A stretch of DNA of 64,000 nucleotides from a virus: positions 1 through 64,000 of the IMG/VR virus record IMGVR_UViG_3300045996_001561; one strand, 5' to 3'. Of this stretch, positions 49,549 to 60,513 are shown piece after piece (the stretch's first letter is position 1; each line of letters opens with the position of its first letter). Below the pieces are notes generated by a model that saw nothing but the letters and a program-made list of their open reading frames with translations, searched no databases and was not told the DNA's origin. The position numbers and the translations under genes are program-made.

Positions 49549-49980
49549 ATGACGCGCCCACGCTTTCAGATGGGCGCGGATGCCTACAAGGACTCGGTGA
49601 GCGAGGCACAGTGGCAGGCAACGCTCGTCGAGCAGGCCGGATACTACGGCTGGGTGGTGCTGCTCTCGATCCCCGATAGCGGCCTCGCGGCCCTCGGGCA
49701 CATCATCCAGCGCATCAAGAAGGGGCAGGCCCAAGGGCCACTCCGGGGGTTGCTGGCGCTCCTGGCCGCGATCAGTGGATGGCCGGACTTGACGCTGGGC
49801 CACCCCCATCTGCACCGCACGATCTGCGTCGAGGTCAAGACCAACACCGGGACGGTGCGGGCCAACCAGAAGGCAATGCTGTCCCTGCTGCCCCGGTGCG
49901 GAATCCCCAGCTACGTATGGCGTCCCAAGGATGGCGACGAGGTTGAACGGGTCTTGTCAGGGGTTGACATACCCGGTTAG
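49549..49980 (+). CDS. VRR-NUC (PD-(D/E)XK) nuclease
   Basis: SEAQWQ...GWPDLTL...VEVKTNTG...Q...VWRP. Confidence 0.8.
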   Translation: MTRPRFQMGADAYKDSVSEAQWQATLVEQAGYYGWVVLLSIPDSGLAALGHIIQRIKKGQAQGPLRGLLALLAAISGWPDLTLGHPHLHRTICVEVKTNTGTVRANQKAMLSLLPRCGIPSYVWRPKDGDEVERVLSGVDIPG

Positions 49981-49992
49981 TTGTGGTATTAT
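49964..49992 (+). promoter_or_regulatory. Promoter
   Basis: TTGACA-N17(TGTGG)-TATTAT. Confidence 0.75.
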
Positions 49993-50015
49993 ACGGAGCG
50001 TGAAAAGGGGGAGAA

Positions 50016-50471
50016 ATGAGTAACACGATGCCACGACCGATGGACAGTGAGGCCGAGGCGCGCGTCGAACGCTGGCGCAAGCTAGAGGCCCAGGGCATCA
50101 ACCGCTCCGAGATTGCCCGACGCGAGGGCATCAGTCGGCAGCGAGTGACGGCCAAGCTGGGGCCACTCCCCGACCGGGGGGGTCGCAAGGAGAAGCGCAT
50201 CTACGTCCATGAGGGCGATTACCGCAAGGCGGCGGAAGTCGCCAAGAGCCTCGGCCTGCGGTTGCGGGCCGGGGAAACCTCGGGCGAGGGGTCGGTGAGT
50301 CTGCTCGTCGAGCTTATCGGTCGCGGGCAGCTAGTGGTGTCGCGGCGGACGGAAACCGCGAGGCCGAAGGAGGAAACGGATGGTGCGCCCACCGCACCAG
50401 TGGATGGAAGAGGCGATGACGCGACACCTGAGGGGGCTGGCAACGTCGTTCCAGATGATGCAGCGGCTTAA
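50016..50471 (+). CDS. HTH DNA-binding protein
   Basis: GINRSEIARREGISRQRV HTH. Confidence 0.7.
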   Translation: MSNTMPRPMDSEAEARVERWRKLEAQGINRSEIARREGISRQRVTAKLGPLPDRGGRKEKRIYVHEGDYRKAAEVAKSLGLRLRAGETSGEGSVSLLVELIGRGQLVVSRRTETARPKEETDGAPTAPVDGRGDDATPEGAGNVVPDDAAA

Positions 50472-50635
50472 GATCTTTCACCGTGGGGAGAAGTTGACCC
50501 GGTGTGAGCGGCGGGCGCTGCAGTTCCTGATCCAGATCCATTCGAACCAGCTTCCGGAAACCTACTCCGACCCGCGAGAGCGGAGAGCGTGGAATGCTGG
50601 TGCGCGCTACGGCGCTGAGGTGATGGGAGACATCC

Positions 50636-53600
50636 TTGGCCCTGCAAGTTGGCGGAACTACCCCGCGATCGCTGAGCGATATTGCCGCATCTACTGTCGA
50701 GATCGAGGAACGGCTGATCGCGCTCCGGGCGGTAAGGGATCACGTCGAGCAGGAGCAGCAACGCCTTCTGCTCCTGCAGCTTGACTACGAGCAGCAGATC
50801 GACGCCCTGGAGCGACGGCTGCCCAGACTGTGGGGGGATCGTGTCGACCTTATCCATGCCCAGCGCTTCTTTGGTACCGAGGATATCGAAATCGTTGGTG
50901 ATTGAGCATCGCGTCCCGAGGGACACCACGCCGATCTACGGGACGGTTGAGATTGCGCCCTACCCGGTACGGGAGTGGAGCGGCGGTGTCGACCTGCGCG
51001 GTCAGCCTCGCGTGGCCGGGTATGTGGGAGAGATTGCCCCGGGTGGGGATGTGGAAGCCTACGGCTACATCTACCGCTACCAGACGATGCGAACGATCCA
51101 CGGACGCGCCTGGATCCACCGGGCGCTGAACCGGCTGCAGTACCTCGGATCCTTCACCGGGACGGATGCCCACGACCGGGCAGTCGATGCGGTGCTGCGC
51201 GGCGACCGTGAGGCCACGCACGGTGAGCGATGACCCCGCGACCGTCCAGCCTTCGCAACCTCGCCTTCGTGCGGCCGACCTGTGTCGCATGCTCCGACAG
51301 GAGATCGAGGTTGCCAAGGCGTCTCAGGGAACGTACACCCAGAAGGCTAGGAGATCGATTGAGCGCATGGGGCCGGATGACAACAACGCTGACTACTGGA
51401 TGGTCTACGTGGCGATAGCTGAGATTCGTCAGCGGGCCTACGAGGCGGCATTCAGAGAGCAGTGCGATGGCTAGGATCACCCCGGAATTCCAAGATGAAG
51501 TCTGTGAGCATGCGAGGGTCTACCGAGCCAATGCGATCACCCACATCATATCGGAGAGTCACCAACTCCAAGCTGCTCAAACGAATGGCTGGAAGGATAT
51601 CGCCGTCACCCTGGTTGGCCGCATCACGGTTGAACAGGAGGTCATCGCTATGGCCGACCGACTCATCAGATTCTTCTGCTGCGACGAAGATGCATCCCCT
51701 GCCCGCCAGCACCAACAGCATCAATGGGAGCGATGGAATGCCGATCGAGCTACCGAGTAACGTCACGCCGCTGTGGGAGGGGTCGATCACGGTACGCATC
51801 TTCCGCGATCGACTCTGGCCCGACTTGCCCGCCGCGAGTGATGGGGAAGTAAATCTTGCGGACGTTGACCCCATCGCTAGCTCAATCAAGTTTGCCCGGC
51901 TCTGGCAGGACGAGTTACAGCGCCGCCAGAAGCGATCCCGATTGCGCTTTACCACGGAGCCGGGGTCGTTTCAGACGCAGGTCGATGTTGGCGTCAACCA
52001 TGCCAACCCTCGGGCGATGGAGGATACCCTGGCCGTGGGGATGAGCGTCTACGGCCGGTGGAAGGAGTGGGTGGTTCTCGTCGGGACTCCCGAGGCGCGG
52101 GATATCCGAGCGGCATACCAAGCCAACCGCACGGAGCAGCAACCGGAGGAACCCCCTGATCATGAGTTCTAACACCCCCTCCCCTGATCCGATGTGTCGT
52201 TCGTGCGGTCTGCGCCCCCGCAGCGGTGAGAGCCGGTATTGCGCCGTCTGCGAGGCGAACGGCATGGCATCGATTGATCGTCTTATGACGCGTGCGCTCG
52301 ATGATGTCATTGCTAAAACTCGGCAGAAGATCGACCGGAACCTCAACGACGCATTCGGGAGGGTGTGCGAGTGAAGAAGCTGGTTTCTGCGTGGTCGTCA
52401 ACGGCCAACGATCTCAACTGGAAGGCGAGGCGACTGGAGAGCGATAACTACCACCGCGAGGCCCAGGTGGTCTGGTCACTCGCCTCCACCATTGAGGTCG
52501 CCATCGAGACGAGGCCGCTCGATGAAGAGGTCGATATCGATCTCACCGACCAAGCGATCGATATGGCTATGCGGATAGACGATTGAGCGATCACGAACAG
52601 ATCCGACGCGGGCTGGCCGCATCGACTATGCAACAGGTGTCACGGCTCGTCAAGGATTACACCGACGCCCTTCCGGTCACCAGCATCCACAAGAAGAACG
52701 CGATCGAGGTCGAGCGCATCCTGAACCGGGTCGCCGGGGCCATCCGCGACGGCCACATCGCGCCAAGTGAATGGGAGTTCCTCACATGGCTCAGTCCGGA
52801 GGGCGGCTTGAAAGAAAGCCCTGCCGCCTCTGCAAAGAACCCGTCGTCTGGGTACAGCACATCAAGCGCATCGCAGACGGCATCGAGTGGGGAAAGCGCA
52901 CCCCCCTCAACCCCGACCCCCTCGACTTCCGAGCAGGCAACCTTGCCCGGGTAAACCCCCGCGAGGTTGAGGGCCGCACCGATGTCGTGGAGTTCATCCC
53001 CGAGAACCGGCGCTGGATGTTCGAACGCCTCTATCTCGATCACCACGCGACCTGCGAGGTCTGGAAGTGGTGCAAGGATCAGGGGTTCAGCTTCAAGGAG
53101 TGTCTTGACACATGCGCCAGCAACAAGCCGATTCTGAACCAGAGCGCGAGGGAGGATCGGGAGCCGCAGCAGTACTCCCTCGACCGGAGCCGCTAGGCCC
53201 ACGGGGAGACTGGCTGCCGCTTATCGACATGGGTGTGCGCCCAGGCGACGACGAGAAGGAGGTGGTGCGCCGAGGACAACGCGCGAAGGCCATCGAGCGG
53301 ATCGTGACGGGACAGTGGCTGTTCCCGCACGTCATCGTGCGAAGCTATGCTGCTGTCCCGTACGCTCCCCAGGTGCAGCATCACCCCTCGGGAGCGGTTC
53401 GCTACCAGTGTTATTGCCGCCAAACCGTCATCACCCTGATCCCCATGAGTGTTGCGGTCTGTCCGGCGTGTTTTCGTACCGTGCTGTACACCACGACCTA
53501 TGTGGTGATCGACGAGCCGTCTCGCATCTAGGAGGATATCGCGTGCCCCGTTCACTGACGATCCCGTACATTTCCAAGACCGCCGCCATTCGCATGGTCA

Positions 53601-55234
53601 GGGAGGAAGGAGCCGACCCCTTGCACGTTGCGGCCCGCATCATCAGCCAGCGCCGCACCGAGCTTGTGCAGGTATCGCGGCTCCTGAGCCAGCGCGCCCC
53701 ACGCGATCCTGCGGATCCGCCGAACGACCATGCCTATGTCGAGATGCCGGGACGCCTTCCGGAGATGGCCGAGGTCGCGGGACTATGACCGAGAGTCTTG
53801 GACGCCTCTGGATCGAGGATCCTAGCGAGGACATTGGCTCCGTCCTCACCCGACCCTACATTCGGGATTCGGGTCTGCCCCGGCGCTCCCTTGGCACCTA
53901 TCAGGCGATCCGGCGCTACAAGAAGGGAAAGGTGCGCTGGGTCGCTATTCAGGTAGCCTTCGACGACGGAGCCATTGGCATCGGAGCTATGCCTGCCAGC
54001 GACCCGGGGTGGGTCGAGGTCTACTCGGTATGAGCATCCCCTCGGTGCGTCAGGTCGACAAGCATCACCTGACGTCGGTGATCCGCCAGCAATTGGCCGC
54101 GTCGTGGGCGACGAACGACCGTCTGCAGCGGGGTCGGGTGTTATGCGACACGGATCGTGAGCGTCATCACGGCATGCTAGTGATGTCCCGGGCCATCTGC
54201 CGCTCGATCGGCTGCGATGCCGATACGATCAACACCGAGGCGGCACGTCTCGCGCGATCGGTGCAGGAATAGCGTGCCGCGTGCCGCAACGGGCATCAGG
54301 GCAGGAGGGGGGATTCGCTGCCCCTCCTGCCTGCGCTACTCCCAGGCCGCTGAGTGGAAAACCTACTTCTGCCCCAAGTGCGGGGAGCATCACGACCGGC
54401 TCTACAAGGACGAGCATCTGGATCCGGATCGGGCACGCACGATGACCCGCCACGATATCCGTGTGGAATACTCCCGCGCGGGTATGGCATTTCGGAGAGG
54501 GTAATGGGAGGGCGCGAGGTCATCCTGGCGGTGCTGTTCACGGTCGCGGTGGTGATGATCGCCTCGGCCGTTGCCACCCCCACGCCTCCCATCGATCCAA
54601 TTCCACCACCCACGGACGCCACCCCGGTGACGCTTGACCCCACGCCCACGATGCGCATCCCCACGGCCGTCCCGATCTGGAAGCTCTCCATCTGGGATTG
54701 CCAGGAGATTCCCCACGTTGGGACACGGTGCGCCACCATCGCGTGGCAGTACCGGGAGCTACAGGATGCTAGGCAACGATCCTATTACTACGGAGATCAC
54801 CACCGATGAGAGTCACCCCGACGTTTATTCCCCTCTCGCGTGATCCGAAGCTGGGGCCGCTGATCATCACGACCCAACATGGCTATGACGAAGAGATTGA
54901 GGATCGCGGTACCATCCGACACCCTCGGCGCATGGAGGTTACCTTGCCTGACGGACGCATCTACGTCAACGATGGCTATGGCCCCCTCCCCCCGAAGTCG
55001 GACGGCAAATTCGTCGCTGTACGCCTGCGGAGTCCCGATCTGGTTGAGACGGAGTTCTGGGTGAAGCCTGCCGTACGCCACGCTGGCACGGGGCACTTTA
55101 TGGCGATCACCACCAAGCCGTGGGAGCATTTCGTCTACCAAGCCACGCACGATCCCGATTGGATGAAGAAGCCATTTGGCGCATTGGCCTTCCCCGACGA
55201 CCCCGTCCTGATCTGGCATGAGGTGCTTGACTAG
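50636..55234 (+). CDS. Run of ~15 small hypothetical genes (several CxxC zinc-ribbon and membrane proteins); individual starts uncertain
   Basis: Dense overlapping plus-strand ORFs, e.g. 51467-51760, 52162-52374, 53785-54033, 54806-55234. Confidence 0.45.
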
Positions 55235-55237
55235 GGG

Positions 55238-55266
55238 TTGACATACCGGGAGGATTATGGTAGTAT
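55238..55266 (+). promoter_or_regulatory. Promoter
   Basis: TTGACA-N17(TATGG)-TAGTAT. Confidence 0.8.
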
Positions 55267-55304
55267 TGTCGGGTAGTCAGGAACGGAACCTGACCGGAGG
55301 AACG

Positions 55305-56670
55305 ATGAACGACTATCCCGACTGCAGCGCCCAGCCGAACACCGACGAGCGTTGTGAGCCGACCGACGAGGATCTCGCCGCTATCGCGGGGTGGACGTGG
55401 GCAGGCTACCAGCGCATGTACCAAGACCATCTCTGCGCCGTGGCATCCCAGGAAGAGCGGTGGGGGAACTGGAAGGCCGGACTTGGGTACACACTCGATG
55501 CCCACGCATTGCACGGAGCAGATGGTGGATAGGCCGGAATGCACGCAGGAGCGAGAGGCATTTGAGAGGGCTAGAGCCACCTATCACCGCGCTCGTCGGA
55601 ATGCTGCGGCCGAGAAGAAGCACCTGAAGCGCATGACCCTCGCGCTCCGAGCTTTTTTGGTGTGTCGTGGGCGCTAATCTCAGCACCCTCTCGGTCGTGA
55701 TGACCGACGACGAGTTTCGCTTTGCCGCGAATCTGGCCGAGGAACGGGGTGAGGTTGCCGGGGTCGCCAGCCTCGTCCAGAACGTCTGGTTTGCGTGGCT
55801 GCAGGATCAGGGATACGTCGATCCATCGATCATCAACCCCGGCCCCGAGTACGAGGTTATTGACACCTGTCCGTGGTGCAAACGAAAGGTGGTGCCAAGC
55901 AAATCAACGATCACCGAGGACTTCCCGCAGACACAGGATGGTGTTGAAAAGATCATTCGCATCCTGTGGCATGGCAAGTGTCTGAAGAACGCTGAGAAGC
56001 GGCTCAATGAGGATCTTGACGACGGTCAGGACGATCCTCGTTACGGAGGCTACTAGTGCAAGGCACACGATTCAGTAAGCGGGGCAATCCCATCGTTGCG
56101 GGGTCGCACTCCCTGTTCCCCGACGACGGAAAAGGTGGTATCCGCATGGAGGAAATCCTCCGTTCGGAGATGATGCACGGGGAACCGGAGAACGTCAAAG
56201 TCTGCCAGTCGTGGATGACCAAGCTGGGTCAGGCGATTGCCGAGACGGATCGCCGCCTGACCGAGATGAGTTCTCGCGGCATCCGCATGATGCACCCCAG
56301 CGGTCGCTACTTCACCGATCTGGAGAAGTCGGAGCTTCGGGTGTCGCTGATCGAGCAGAAGAACCAGCTTATCGCGCGATCGCAGGATCTCCGACGCTGG
56401 CGCAACGAGCGCGTGCGGCAGGCCAAGGCGGGGGAGATTTCCGACCCCAACGTCTATAGCACGAAGCTCTCGGTCAACGTCCGCAACATGCGGGAAGCGG
56501 CCAAGCGGTATGGGCTACTGGAGGATCTCTACGAGGCCGTCAAGGTCTATCACTACGGCATGGGGGAGGACGAGGACGACCGACCGCAAGATATCGACGG
56601 TCAACGCTACGACGCGATGATCGAGGCGCTCGATGCGCTCATGGCGGATTGTGGCGATGAGCGCCCGTAG
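55305..56670 (+). CDS. Hypothetical genes 55305-55532, 55667-56056 and ~56146-56670 (coiled coil)
   Basis: SD-led ORFs downstream of the promoter. Confidence 0.5.
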
Positions 56671-57253
56671 CATCCACGTCGCCAGCAATCAGGACAAGGA
56701 TCCCTGGTGCCGGGTCGGGGAGGAATACGAGCGGGCCTTCGTCGAGATCATGCGAACGCAGCTTCGTCTCCCCATCCACATCAACCCTGCGAAGGGGATC
56801 GACAAGTACGCGGCCGATCTGGTCTACGGCGACGTGTTCACCCCATTCCCCAATGTGGCCGACCTGAAAACCCAGACCACCCCGTTCTTCACGGCGGATC
56901 GCTATGGTATGGATCCCCGCTTCACGGTGGTGTTGAACCGCAAGGATGTGGAGCGATACGACGCCTATTACGACTGGAGTATGTCGCTGTTCTTCTGGGT
57001 CGATTGGCACGTCACGGAGATGTTCAAGCAGCGCATCCCCTACTTCGGTGGCATCTTCGTCTGCAGCCTGGGTGACGTGATGCACATGATCAGCAACGAT
57101 GCGCCCGAGCATGTCTATCAGCAGCGCGCCGAGGATGGGCAGGGGAACGCGCGATCGTCCTTCCTCCTGTCCCTTGGTGGCATGACCAACATGGCATCCT
57201 CCACCGAACCAGACTGGTGGGGTGCCGTACCGAAAGGGATCGTCGAGCGATGA
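56657..57253 (+). CDS. Putative PD-(D/E)XK-like nuclease
   Basis: GEEYERAF...YAADL...ADLKTQ pattern. Confidence 0.45.
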   Translation: MSARSIHVASNQDKDPWCRVGEEYERAFVEIMRTQLRLPIHINPAKGIDKYAADLVYGDVFTPFPNVADLKTQTTPFFTADRYGMDPRFTVVLNRKDVERYDAYYDWSMSLFFWVDWHVTEMFKQRIPYFGGIFVCSLGDVMHMISNDAPEHVYQQRAEDGQGNARSSFLLSLGGMTNMASSTEPDWWGAVPKGIVER

Positions 57254-57922
57254 GTGATGGCAGCCCCAGCGCCAGAAGTGACGTCCTGACCCTCCTGACC
57301 ATGCTGGAGGTGTTAGCGCAAGACAATAACCCACACGGGATTACCGACACCCAGACATTGATCGCGTGGCTCTTTGAGGGCCATCCGTCCACGGTGGCCG
57401 AGTACCGGCGCATCCGCAACACCTATCTGACGTCCGGGATCCCGAACCGAGAGCCAGTCACCCGAGAGCGACTGGTGAATGCCATCAGCCCCATCGTCCA
57501 CGCGGCCAAGAGCTATGGCGAGGCTCCGACTCACGAAACGTGCGGGCGGTGCGTCACCACATCCCATCTGATCGTCGATGCGATCGCTCCCCTGGTCGGG
57601 CGATGGATCGAAGATCACGAACCGGACGAGGACGACCGGCCATCCGTCGATGACGATCTTCTGGAGGAACAGTGGGTGAAGGAGATGGTGCGATGACCCT
57701 CCCCACCTACGCCTACTTCCAGATCCGTCCCTACCACTCCCGCTACCGGGTGGCCCGGTCGTGGGCCGCAGGGTACTACCGCAGCGAGTTCGTCGGGGAA
57801 GTGGAGCGCGTCACCCAGAGCAAGTGGAAGGCCACCCTCTATACCGACCCCACCACCGAGGGGTTTGGGCGCACCCGCAATCTAGCAATGGCCCGCGTCT
57901 GGGAACTCGTTGGGGGTGAAGG

Positions 57923-58351
57923 ATGAAAGCAATCTCACTGTGGCAACCGTGGGCCAGTCTGGTTGCCACGCGCAACAAGTGGGTTGAAACCCGTTCGTGG
58001 CAAACCCCGTACCGTGGGCCGATCCTGATCCATGCGGCCAGGCGGAAAGTCACCCGAGACGAGCGAGAGTACTTCGAATCGGTCGCCGCGTTTCAGGACG
58101 CTATGCGAATGGGTGAGATCAGTTGGGATACCATGCCCTATGGTCAGATGGTTGCCTTGGCGGTTCTTGGCAGGGTCGTTCCGACCGAGGCAATTCGGGA
58201 CGCTATCCCCGACATGGAGTATGCCTTCGGGGATTACTCCAACGGCCGGTGGGCTTGGGTCTTTACCCGCATTGACCCCATCGATCCATTTCCCTACAAG
58301 GGAGAGCGCGGACTCTTTGACCTACCCTACGGGTTGACAATACCCCGCTAG
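57923..58351 (+). CDS. ASCH domain protein
   Basis: MKAISLWQPWASLV...KWVETRSW...YRGPILIHAA...KGERGLF. Confidence 0.88.
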   Translation: MKAISLWQPWASLVATRNKWVETRSWQTPYRGPILIHAARRKVTRDEREYFESVAAFQDAMRMGEISWDTMPYGQMVALAVLGRVVPTEAIRDAIPDMEYAFGDYSNGRWAWVFTRIDPIDPFPYKGERGLFDLPYGLTIPR

Positions 58352-58362
58352 TGTGGTAACAT
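58334..58362 (+). promoter_or_regulatory. Promoter
   Basis: TTGACA-N17(TGTGG)-TAACAT. Confidence 0.75.
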
Positions 58363-58399
58363 TCTTTCAGGTTGGAACGGAAGCAACCTCGGAGGAACG

Positions 58400-58759
58400 A
58401 TGAATGGCACGCCTGAGCGCAAGCGGTCGACCCCGGCACGATGGCAAGAGGCACTGGCCCGCGCCATCGCACAAGGCGTGACCGTGCGACAGATCAATAG
58501 TTCCGGAGCCTGGATTGCCACGTCCGGAACGCAGAACGACACGGCGTATGTGATGGAGGTTACGGGTGGGATCGTCCACAGTTGCTCATGCCCGGCAGCA
58601 GAGTACGGAGACGACGTATGCAAGCACCGGGCCAAGTGGTACCACGACGCAGGCGTTCTCGACCCTGACCCCGCGCCAGAAGTTCGGATCCTTCCTGAAC
58701 CGGATCCGGAGGATGCGCGGGTTAACCATGATGGACTTTGCGCGTCAGGTTGGCGTTGA
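58400..58759 (+). CDS. SWIM zinc-finger protein
   Basis: CSCPAAEYGDDVCKH (CxC-xn-CxH). Confidence 0.78.
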   Translation: MNGTPERKRSTPARWQEALARAIAQGVTVRQINSSGAWIATSGTQNDTAYVMEVTGGIVHSCSCPAAEYGDDVCKHRAKWYHDAGVLDPDPAPEVRILPEPDPEDARVNHDGLCASGWR

Positions 58760-58919
58760 TCACTCCTATATCAGCCGCCTGGAGTCAGGGAAGCGCGACC
58801 CCGGCCGGGAGGTTGTGGATCTGATTGTCGAGGCGTTCCCCGACCTGAGCGCCGGGGATATCGAGTGGCTCTACTTTTACGCGGGCTACGTTCCGACGTC
58901 CGAATGGGATCCGCGATGA
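58566..58919 (+). CDS. XRE-family HTH protein (start uncertain)
   Basis: FGSFLNRIRRMRGLTMMDFARQVGVDHSYISRLESGKRDP. Confidence 0.7.
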   Translation: MGSSTVAHARQQSTETTYASTGPSGTTTQAFSTLTPRQKFGSFLNRIRRMRGLTMMDFARQVGVDHSYISRLESGKRDPGREVVDLIVEAFPDLSAGDIEWLYFYAGYVPTSEWDPR

Positions 58920-59103
58920 GCGCCACCTTCACACGGGTGACACATACCGATTGGTGGTATTGCGGGAGCTGCGACGTGACGTGGCCGGTGATTACCAATC
59001 GCTACCAGTATCAGGGGTTTTGCACGATTTGCAAACGCGAAGCCACCCTGATCGAACGCACGCGAGATCTCGGAAATCCCCCGTTCCCGGGAAAGACGGA
59101 CGA

Positions 59104-59445
59104 ATGATCATCTTCGTGAGCGGCCCCTATAGCCACCCTGATGACATGCGCGTGCTGAACAACGTCGAGAACGCCATGTGGGTCGGCTACGAGCTTACCC
59201 GGAGGGGTCACTGGCCGGTGGTTCCCCACCTGATGCATTACTTCGATATGTTCCTGCGCCGTGAGCGGATCGCCCATCCGCCGTACGACTTCTACATCCA
59301 GTGGTGCCTCTCTCTCCTTGACAGGTGTGACGCCCTCTATCTGATCGATCGCTCCCCTGGTGCCGATCAAGAGGTCAGGCGGGCCAACCGGAACAACATC
59401 CCCATCTACCGCAGGATGAATCAGGTTCCCGATGGTCGGCTATGA
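59104..59445 (+). CDS. Nucleoside 2-deoxyribosyltransferase-like (DUF4406/DUF1937-type) protein
   Basis: IFVSGPYS...PVVPH...LLDRCDALY...SPGADQEV. Confidence 0.7.
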   Translation: MIIFVSGPYSHPDDMRVLNNVENAMWVGYELTRRGHWPVVPHLMHYFDMFLRRERIAHPPYDFYIQWCLSLLDRCDALYLIDRSPGADQEVRRANRNNIPIYRRMNQVPDGRL

Positions 59446-59869
59446 GTTTCTCTTTGTCATCGTCGGGTTCGCCTGCGTGTGCATCATCATCAACGTCAGG
59501 GAGTTCCATGACTACCATGCACAACTGGAAGATCGCGCCCGGCACGCCGATGCCATGATGACGAGGACTCTTGCGGAGCAACGGCGCATGAACCAAGCGG
59601 TCGGCAGGATGCTGGAAATGGGGGATAAACCCCTCTCTCAGGACAGCGATATCCTTGTGGGCGACAATGGACGGGTGCTAGCCTACGCCTTCTCGCGGCC
59701 GATGAAGCGCCCACTGTACTTTCCTGACAGCAGTCCCTGCTCTTACTGTGGTCGCTCCCCCCAGGAAGGGGATCTGACATGCCGTGGGTGCGGTGCCCCG
59801 GTATGGGCCGAACGCCGTGAAAGGAGGGAGATTCCCCCACCCGGCCCGAGTAACGTGATTCTTCGGTAA
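59432..59869 (+). CDS. Membrane-anchored protein with C-terminal zinc ribbon
   Basis: N-terminal TM helix; CSYCG...CRGCGAP. Confidence 0.55.
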   Translation: MVGYEFLFVIVGFACVCIIINVREFHDYHAQLEDRARHADAMMTRTLAEQRRMNQAVGRMLEMGDKPLSQDSDILVGDNGRVLAYAFSRPMKRPLYFPDSSPCSYCGRSPQEGDLTCRGCGAPVWAERRERREIPPPGPSNVILR

Positions 59870-59876
59870 CGAAAGG

Positions 59877-60458
59877 ATGCACATGGATTCCAAGCGGTTC
59901 GACAGTTTCACGAAATCGATCGGTCGTCGTCCTGCCATCGCGCTTGGCCTCGCCGCCGTTCTGGGTGCGGTCGATGGGGCGCAGGGGAGACGGAGGCGAC
60001 TCCGCTCCCAGAAGCGTCAGTGTCGCGTGCAGGGGCATCCCTGTGAGGTCGGCGGGCAGGAGTGCTGCCCGGTCGAAGGCAAGGTCGTCGAGTGTCGCGT
60101 CACCGGCCCGGGAGCGGTCACGCGCTGTGCCGTCGCCGGTGAGCCGGATCCACCCCCGGTACCCCCAACCCCCGACAAGCCCGGGGATGGGAGTGGTGGT
60201 GGTGGAGACACCCCGGGGAAGAAGCGGCGACGACGCAAGAAGAAGGGCGACAAGGGTCGCTGCAAGGACAGTCGCGCCTCGGGACGCGGATGCGCGGTCA
60301 ACTGTCAGTGCAAGTCGAACAAGTGCCAGCGCGGGAAGTGCTGCGACCCGAAGGGCAACCACTGCCGGTCGGACAGCGAGTGCTGCTCTGGTCGATGCGA
60401 GTGGGTACACGCCCCGAACCGTCCCGGCAACCCGGACGAAGATCGGCAGTGCGCCTAG
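59877..60458 (+). CDS. Cys-rich secreted protein with MDxxRFDxxxxxxxRR leader
   Basis: MDSKRFDSFTKSIGRRPAIALGLAAVLG, basic linkers and repeated C-x5-CC-x3-C knottin-like units. Confidence 0.65.
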   Translation: MHMDSKRFDSFTKSIGRRPAIALGLAAVLGAVDGAQGRRRRLRSQKRQCRVQGHPCEVGGQECCPVEGKVVECRVTGPGAVTRCAVAGEPDPPPVPPTPDKPGDGSGGGGDTPGKKRRRRKKKGDKGRCKDSRASGRGCAVNCQCKSNKCQRGKCCDPKGNHCRSDSECCSGRCEWVHAPNRPGNPDEDRQCA

Positions 60459-60482
60459 CCTGAGCGATCGTTGTTCCACAGG

Positions 60483-60513
60483 AAGCGGGGGAGGGATTGC
60501 CCCTCCCCCGCTT
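60483..60513. terminator. Bidirectional terminator between convergent early and late transcription
   Basis: AAGCGGGGGAGGG-ATTGC-CCCTCCCCCGCTT. Confidence 0.75.
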
